A stretch of DNA of 64,000 nucleotides, from the NCBI RefSeq assembly GCF_006345805.1, contig NW_021832379.1:1-64000 (forward strand), given 5' to 3'. Below the pieces are notes generated by a model that was not told the DNA's origin, searched no databases, and saw only the letters and a list, made by a program, of their open reading frames with translations. A program made the position numbers and the translations under genes. The DNA is from Octopus sinensis. Lineage: Eukaryota. This document shows positions 52,001 through 60,700 of the stretch, in pieces (position 1 is the stretch's first letter; every line of letters begins with the position of its first letter).

Positions 52001-54653
52001 ACTCTGAGTAGGCCTTGTATGTTATAACTGGTTTAGATTAAAGAGAATAAAGACATTGTGAGTCAGAGTCAGAGCCAATATAGTTTTACCAACTCCGACT
52101 CCAGCTACCCCTTAATTGTTTCCAACTCCAATTCTACAGCCCTGCTACAGAGCTATCACAGTTGAGGAGTGGCACTGAAGAGAATTTCAGAAAGTTAGTA
52201 AAGATGAAACCTGGATGAGTGTCCAAGACAAAGTCAAAGGATTAAATACCGTTTAGACTTGGTCTTTTTCTTCTTTGGTTTTGTTTTGCCTTCTTTGATT
52301 AAGCGGCTGAGGGTTAACTCGTACTCCTTGTAAAGGAGGAGGTACTGAGTGAACTCTGGAGGGATTTCCCAAGTCACCTCATTGCTGTTGATATTCCAGT
52401 AATAGTAGTGTTGAGTGCTTTCATCATGGCACTGTTGCCATTCACTGACAGGCTCTGGAAAATAGAAGAAAAATGTACAGTTTACTTTATTTACATTGGA
52501 CGGATATTTGTCCTCATCTTGGTTGTTATCACAACGTTTCAGCTGATCTACTCTCCAGCCTTCATCAGGTGTCCTGGTGGAATTTTGAACCCAACCCTGG
52601 GTTCTCATTCCTAAAGTATTTTTTTGATATTATTATTATTATTTCTTCAAGGCACTGCCTGGAATTGAACTCAGAATCTTGGGGTTAGTAGCACACGCTC
52701 TTAACCATCCAATGTAAATAATGTACAGAATTCCTCATCTCTAAAATATAGAACTGTGCAGTTTACAATGAAATAATTTCAATAGATTTATAGGTACCAT
52801 ATTTGATGACATAAAAGATGCACTGGCATATTTTATGCACCCTAACGTCAGCAGCACATATTCAGGAGAAAAAAGTACAATTTAGTTGCCATCAAATACA
52901 GTATGTAGGTATACCAATATGGAACACGGGCATTCAATGATGATGTGTAGCAGATATGATTGCGACTATGAGCCTGATACATAATGAAATGTGTAACATT
53001 GAAAAACTGTCAAGTTTTTAATTGACACAGTAAAATTGTTTGTTTCATAGTTACCTTCTGGCCACACAACTGGTTCTTCTTCGCCGCTACTAGAATCTTC
53101 TGAGGATTTATAACTAGCAACAACGGACACAGCTTCTCCACTGGCATCGGTTCCTTCCTTTGCATCAGATCCCAGAGACTGGTCATCTTTGGTAGAATCA
53201 ACAACAGAGTCTACATTCTCATCTTCAGCATCGATTTCTTTATTCTTAACTTCAGCATCTTCTCCAAGAGCATCTATTTCCTAAATTTAGAGACACAGGA
53301 GAAATTACATTATCATTTTTAAAGATTTTATTGTGTGTGTGTCTGCTGCAATAGCAACCATAAATTAATCAAAACTTGGTCAGATTCAGTTCCACAAGAA
53401 TTTACCAACATATAGGTGTGGACATCACTGTGTCGTTAAGAAGCTTTCTTTCCAACCATGTGATCTAGGGTTCAGTTCCATTGCATGGCATTGTGAGAAA
53501 GTGCTTTCTGCTACAGCGCTGAGCTGCCAAAGACTTGTGAGTAGATTTGGTAGATGGAAACAAAGAAATCCGTCTTATAAATATATATATACCGTAAAAA
53601 CCTATGTAAATTGCGCACTTGTGTAATTTACACAGGTGATTTTCAGGATAAAAATTTGTTAAAAAAAAGCTTCTACTCATGTAAAATTCGCACCTAAAAG
53701 TTTTCAGAATTGTTGATATGGCCAGGGGAAAAGGTCTTCAATTTAGTTGTGTTTAGCATAATTTCACTTACTTCTGGTTAGATTTTATTAAATTTTCATC
53801 AAATAAAAATAATTTCTGTTTAACAGGTATCACATTAAAAGCTATTAAATTACAAAGTGTTTGTGTTGTTTATAATAAACTTTATTTTACATTTCTTGCC
53901 CACAAGAGATTATGTCCGATCTTTAGCATATTGCTGTGTCTTCTTAAATCACAATCACAGGAAAAGTTGTTGATAAGGATTACCAACGAAAACAAAGCTG
54001 ATAAATATGCACAGGTGTTGGAAATTAAGTTTAATTACCAATAAACATCAGCTTGGATGACACTTATCCAACAAAAGAAGGTGACTGATCAAGCTGATTA
54101 TGTAAACAAAATTCTTTCCTGCCTATTCTTATCAGAACCTTGGATATGGAGTATCGAAATTTTAATCCCTTTCACACTTAAAATGTCAAGCAAACTTTAA
54201 AATTTGTCATTATCATTATTGTTAATATGAGCAGAACTCATGAATCATTTACTGTGAAGGAAAATTAAATATTTGCTCCGTTGCAATAGGTAGAAACTCC
54301 AAGCAATGTAAAATATGGCCCAGACTGTGTTTGCCAGCATAAACGTCAGACTTCAAAAACTAGTTAACCATTTAATGGTTTTAGCAAATTTATACAGAAA
54401 AAGTAAGCATTATACCATCCAGCATAAAAGTCAACTTCATTAGGCGTAATCTAAGCCATTATTTTTTCTGTAAAAACCTATTCTGACATTAAATGAGTCA
54501 ACTTCTGGTACAAATGTTTACATTTTGTATGTCTTTATGCAACAAAAAAATTTCAAAAAAATTCTGGAAACGATCTACTCATGTAATTTATGCACCCACT
54601 TAAGTTTATTTTTATTTTGCAAAAAAAGTGCATAAATTATGTGGATTTTTACA

Positions 54654-54705
<52 letters not shown>

Positions 54706-57700
54706 CATATATATATACACATGCATACACATAACATTAATACTGAATGACTAGTAACAAGCTGGCAGTATCAGCAGGAGAGTATCAGTTACTGTCTAAC
54801 CTTCACTCAATGTACATCCCCACTTGAATTTGCCATGCCTTCACTTGAATTTCTTATGGGGAAAATAATTCCAGCATACAAACATATTGTGTGACGAACA
54901 ACCTTCAGGGACAAATGAAATTTGTAAACCAAGATTCTACTCTGTGTGTGTCCCCTTGTGCAGACATCATGTGGTGGTTGTAAATAAGCATCATTTTCAT
55001 ACAAGTGGTGGTGTTTGCCTCCAGTTTTTCATGAAAAACATGTCTGGCTATGGGAAAATATTACCTTATTTGTGAACAGGTGAGGGCTCATGACACAAAG
55101 GGCATCTGGTTATAGAAATTCTGTCAGAGAAGTGGACATTAAATTAGGAGGAGTATAATGATCAGGACTCATTTCCTACATACATAAAAGAGCCTCAAAA
55201 TCTTAAGCAGAAAAATGAGATCTTATGGTATTGGTGTGTTTCTAATGAGTATTAGTAATACCAACAAGGATTTGAAACATGAACCACAGACTTTTGCCAA
55301 GAATGTATGACTACACTGTGCTAACCACTATCATCATCATAACACCCACTTTTCTAGTCTTGCAAGAGTCAGACAGGGTTTATTGAGATACATTTTCTAC
55401 AGTGGATGCTTTTCCTGTCATTAACCCTTACCAGTTACCAAGCAAGGTAATATTTGCTCCATGGTCAGACATGTTTACATGGAATACTAGAAATGAACAA
55501 CAATCACAACATTACACAATGTCAAGACCAGGAAACACACATACAAACACGATGGGCTTCTTTCAGTTTCTGCCTACCAAATCCGTTCACAAGGCTTTGG
55601 TTAACCCAGGGCTGTAGTAGAAGACACTTGTCCAAAGTGCCACACAGTGGGACTCAACCCCAAACCATGTAGTTGGGAAGCAAAATTCTTAACCACACAA
55701 CTATGCCCACTGCATACTGATAGCATTTGACAGTACAATGTCAGCTAGCAAAACCGTATGCTTCAGTTAGTTGATCCTGGTATTTATTTTAATAGGCACA
55801 CAGCTACGACTGTATGATGAAAGATCTTTAAGTGCCAAAGGAACAAACATAGTTGAACAACAGCAACCAGCTTTTGGGAGCCTTTATCAGTGTGCATTCA
55901 GTTGCAAGCATTCAAGAGAAGTCTCTGGACTTAGAATTATTTCCTCACATTATTCTCGGAAGGTATGTGGTCCAGTGAATAGGGTGTTGTGCATCATGGT
56001 TTCAATTCTTGGACCGAGTGATATGCTATGTGTTTGAGCAAAACACCTCATTTCACATTGCTCCAGTCCACTCAGCTGTAAATGGGTACACTCTGCAAAG
56101 GATTGGTGCCCAGTTCAGGGGTAATGTGATGACCTTGGTCACATGTAAGCCAGGGAAACCAGGTAACTGGCTCCTTTGAGATCTAGGACTTGAGATAGTG
56201 ATAGCCATGGGTTGATGATGATTCTTAAAGGGCCTGAAAAGATTCATGGACACTCCCACTGCTTAAGAGTAATTTTTTTTAAATACTGCTATAAAAATAA
56301 AAACAGAATCAAGCATGTGTAATTTGAAATGAGAATACTGAGGTAGCAATCTAGATACACAAAACTACATAACACAAACTTTTTTAGTGTGTATTGGGCA
56401 ATATTTCGTGGCACCAGCAAGAACATGTACACACACAGAGGACAGGCTTCTTCCAGCTCCTATTTACCAAATTCACTCACAAAGCTTTGGTTGGCCAAAA
56501 GTAGAAGACACTTGTCCAAGATGCAGCACAGTGGGACTGAACCCAAAACCATATGGTTGAGAAGCAAGCTTCTTACCACACAGCCATGCCTGCACCTATA
56601 AAGGAAAGTCAATCTCAGTGGGATTTGAACTCAAAGTGCAGAGAGCTGATAAAACATTTCATCCAACACTCTTATGATTCTGCCAATTTGAGGACATGTA
56701 GAGGCATCTTGCTAAAGAGAAGACACAAGGCTACCCCAAATTATATAAGAATGGGTGGAAGTAGCTGGGAAGATGAGATAAGATGGTAGTGGTGCCAGAG
56801 CAAACCCATGTTATTGTATTATTAAAACCAGAACTTACAGCAAGGAAAGAAGCAACTTGAGAATCAATATCTGAACTCTTTGATACACTCTCTAGTGTTT
56901 CAGTGGAGCCAGAAACTGTCTTTGAATCCGCAGATGTGGTAGAATTTTCCTTCAGAGGAACATTTGCTTTCTGGGATTGTGTTGTCGATGTAGTTACCAT
57001 TTCTGTAGACACACTACTTGAAGTGCTTAGAGACGGGGAGGTCTCTTTTTGGAAAGCAATAAACTCTCGGTTGTATGATGGTGCAGCAGTTTCTTTCTGA
57101 TAAGCGTTGAATTCCCGGCGAAAGATATCTGATGGAGTCTCTACTTTGGTTCCAACTATTCCAAGCATTTCAGCATGAAGATTATCTTTTGCGTCATTCC
57201 CAGAACTGACATCATCTCCTAAAAATGAATATTTACAGAATATTTTTACTTATGGTATAACAGGAAAACTGAATATTGTAATGCAGTCAATTTGGGGTTC
57301 CTCTTCCTTCATTGTTATACACTATAATGGGTTCCGAAGATATTTTTTTCTTCTTCAGATTTAAACATTTACATCTTGTTGTGTCTAGGGAGGGTCACTA
57401 TGTCAAAAATTTAACACACACACTGGTTCAATACCACTTCTTTATTTTACCAAATAACTATCCAATAGTTTGTTTAATAATCAATCAGTCATTAGCTTTC
57501 TGTAGCTTTTGTTGCTATTCGTGACCTTGTCAATGACATACCCTCATTCTTCAAGGGGTCACAAATAATAAAGAAAGGACTGACAGAAAACTAACAACCA
57601 ATCAATTACTACCAGCAATGGGAGTATTGATAATCTTAGCTGCTACTTTCTATTTTATTTTATTAAATCCAAACCAATCAAGATTAGCAGAGTCGTGTGA

Positions 57701-60700
57701 GAGAGAGGAGGGGGGAGAGGGAGAGAGAGAGAGATTTCTTTTCTTCAACCCTAAACCAAACATTATATATACAGTATTTCACAGCTGAAATTCTTCCTAT
57801 GCAAGTACAATACATTAATTCTTTAAACATGGCATTAACCATGCAAATGTTACACAGCATCTTTTTATCTGAGGAGGTGAAAGGTCTCTAAATGCACAAA
57901 TGGTTTCAATGCACTCTGTGCATACATTGAAGATACGTGGCCAAGTAATTAGGGTGCTGCACTCATGGTTGTAAGATTATGGTTTCGATTTCTGAACCAG
58001 GAGTTGATGATTATGATGTGCATGCAATACCATATCACAGAATATGCTCAAATGTTTTTCATTTATATTTTGGAAACCAAGCCAAAATTTTATTTTCATA
58101 TATTTCAGTCTGGGGAGTCTCGGAGCAATGGTGTTGAACAGTACAGCTCCTTCCATACGATTGTAATAAATGTGATTGATGCTCAACTTCTGCAGGTTAC
58201 TGGATGTAGGGGAAGCATAGAGGGATACTTCTAGGCCCTAAGCACTGAAACGAAAGGGTTAATGTAGTATTGAGTAAAATAGAAGAGGTATCGAGAAATA
58301 ACAGAACAGTAGAGATGTTGATGATGATAATTTGCCAGGAACCTAGTTGCAGAAAAAAAAAAAACTTACCATTTCGATTTAAGGTAGAATCATTTTCACC
58401 TTTGTCTGATTCTTCCTCAGACTCTGAGTCAGAACCGGTATAATCACAGACAAGTGAAAGACTACCTGCAAAAGATGAAGATGCGTAGATATTTATTTTA
58501 CCAAAAAATCATAAAAAGATGCAGCATGGAATTTTGTAAGTGAACAGGTTGTAGTTTCAAAGCGACTAAAATATTTTGACAAATTAAATTTAAATGTTGA
58601 AGTGAATCTAATGGTTTTTGCAGGTTTTTAAATGGCTTATGCTATGCAAGTACATCTCCATAAAACATAAAAACATTGTATTGAAACAAATATATTACTG
58701 CTAATTATCTATGTTGATATATTCAGTTTATTATATGTGTGTAGCACATATGACCTCTGAATATGTGTGCACCTGTAGCATTTATAAACTTATAACAGAG
58801 TGAAAACTTCAGAAAAACATGCTTCCTCTCTCAGCTGAGATGTCTGTCCTGTGAGTGCTTGCAAGAAGAAAAAGCACAGGTGCTGATGCCGTGTAAAAAG
58901 CACCTAGTACTCAGTGTAGAGTGGTTGGTGTCAGGAAGAGCGTCCAGCCATAGAAACCATGCCTGGTGCAACCCTCTGGCTTACCAGCTGCCATCAAACT
59001 GTCCAGCCAATGCCAGCTTGGAAAACAGACATTAAATGATGATGACACATAATGGCCATTTCCTTGTTGAGTAAGGCCATCACTAGAAACATTTCTGAAT
59101 TGCACGAGTACCAGAGGTGTGACTGTTCAGCCTGCAAGTGACCTACACTTTTTGGCACAGCAGATGTTACATACATGATTGCTCCCAACAACAGGAGCCA
59201 CTCACTGACCATCATGGGACTTTCACATGTCATTTGAAGCCCCCCCCCCATTCATGACATCATTCTGCTGTGTATGACACAAATCTAAGTCAGCTCTGTA
59301 CATGGCTTCTTTTTTCTCAAACACACTATTAACCCTTTAGCATTCAGATTTCTCTGACAAATGTAATGCTCATTTATTTGTATTGATAAAAATTAGTCAT
59401 GCATAACCTTTCAGATTTCAATGTGATGGCTTTTAGAATGATATTGTAAGGTAAGTGTGAAGATAGAACTGGTAGGTTGTTTTAGCCGGATATGGTCAGT
59501 TGAAATGCTAACGGGCTAATATCTACATATATTTGTGCATACGTACACACACATCAAATTATTTTGAAAAACAGTAACTAAAATGCAACACTCATTTTAA
59601 TAAGACGGTGGCCTAGTGACAACTGGATGAAGTTAATACGACTGACAAGTATTATTTCAATTTCGTATAGATTTTATGGATATTGAACTGCATGACCTGT
59701 TCTGAAATGATCCTTGTAGTCTCAACCTTTAGATAAGAACAATAAACATGAAATTGCAAAACAACAAAAACAAACTGTGGCACTTACTTTTAACAACATT
59801 TTTGCTTTCAATAAATATATCATCAGGTCTATAACAACCTGTTTGAGCTGCAACAAGAAAATTAGAGCAATACAATATTTAAAAAGACAACAAAGCACTC
59901 TGTAACTTGTATTCCTATTAAGAGGACAAGTAAATCATATAAACGAGGTCAGTACATCTCTTCCTTTTCATTCATTCATTCATTCATTCGTTCGTTAGGT
60001 GTCATCTGCTCTCAGCAGGTTGAATATCAAGGATCTCCATTCGGGTTTTTCTGAAATTCTTACACATTGCCCATACAATAGTTTAGCCCAGTCCTTCATA
60101 TTATCAAACCAGTTCATTCTAAGTGTTTGCCATTTATCTTTCCTTCTAATAACAGTCTTTTGTATAACTTGTGCTTTTACTATGTGACCAAGAGTTGAGA
60201 GTACTGATCATTTTATATTTATTAGTTGTAGTATGTATTAGCTCCACATGACAAGCACCCATGCCAACGCCGCATGAAAAGCACTCGTGCCTACACCACA
60301 CAACAAGCACCCATGCCGATGCCACATGACAAGCACTCGTGCCGATGCCTCACAACAAGCACCCGTGCCGATGCCTCACAACAAGCACCAGTGCCGATGC
60401 CTCACAACAAGCACCAGTGCCGATGCCTCACAACAAGCACCAGTGCCGATGCCTCACAACAAGCACCAGTGCCGATGCCTCACAACAAGCACCAGTGCCG
60501 ATGTCGCATAAAAAGCACAGTGCCGATGCCTCACAACAAGCACCAGTGCCGATGCCTCACAACAAGCACCAGTGCCGATGCCTCACAACAAGTACCAGTG
60601 CCGATGCCTCACAACAAGCACCAGTGCCGATGCCTCACAACAAGCACCAGTGCTGATGTCGCATAAAAAGCACAGTGCCGATGCCTCACAACAAGCACCA

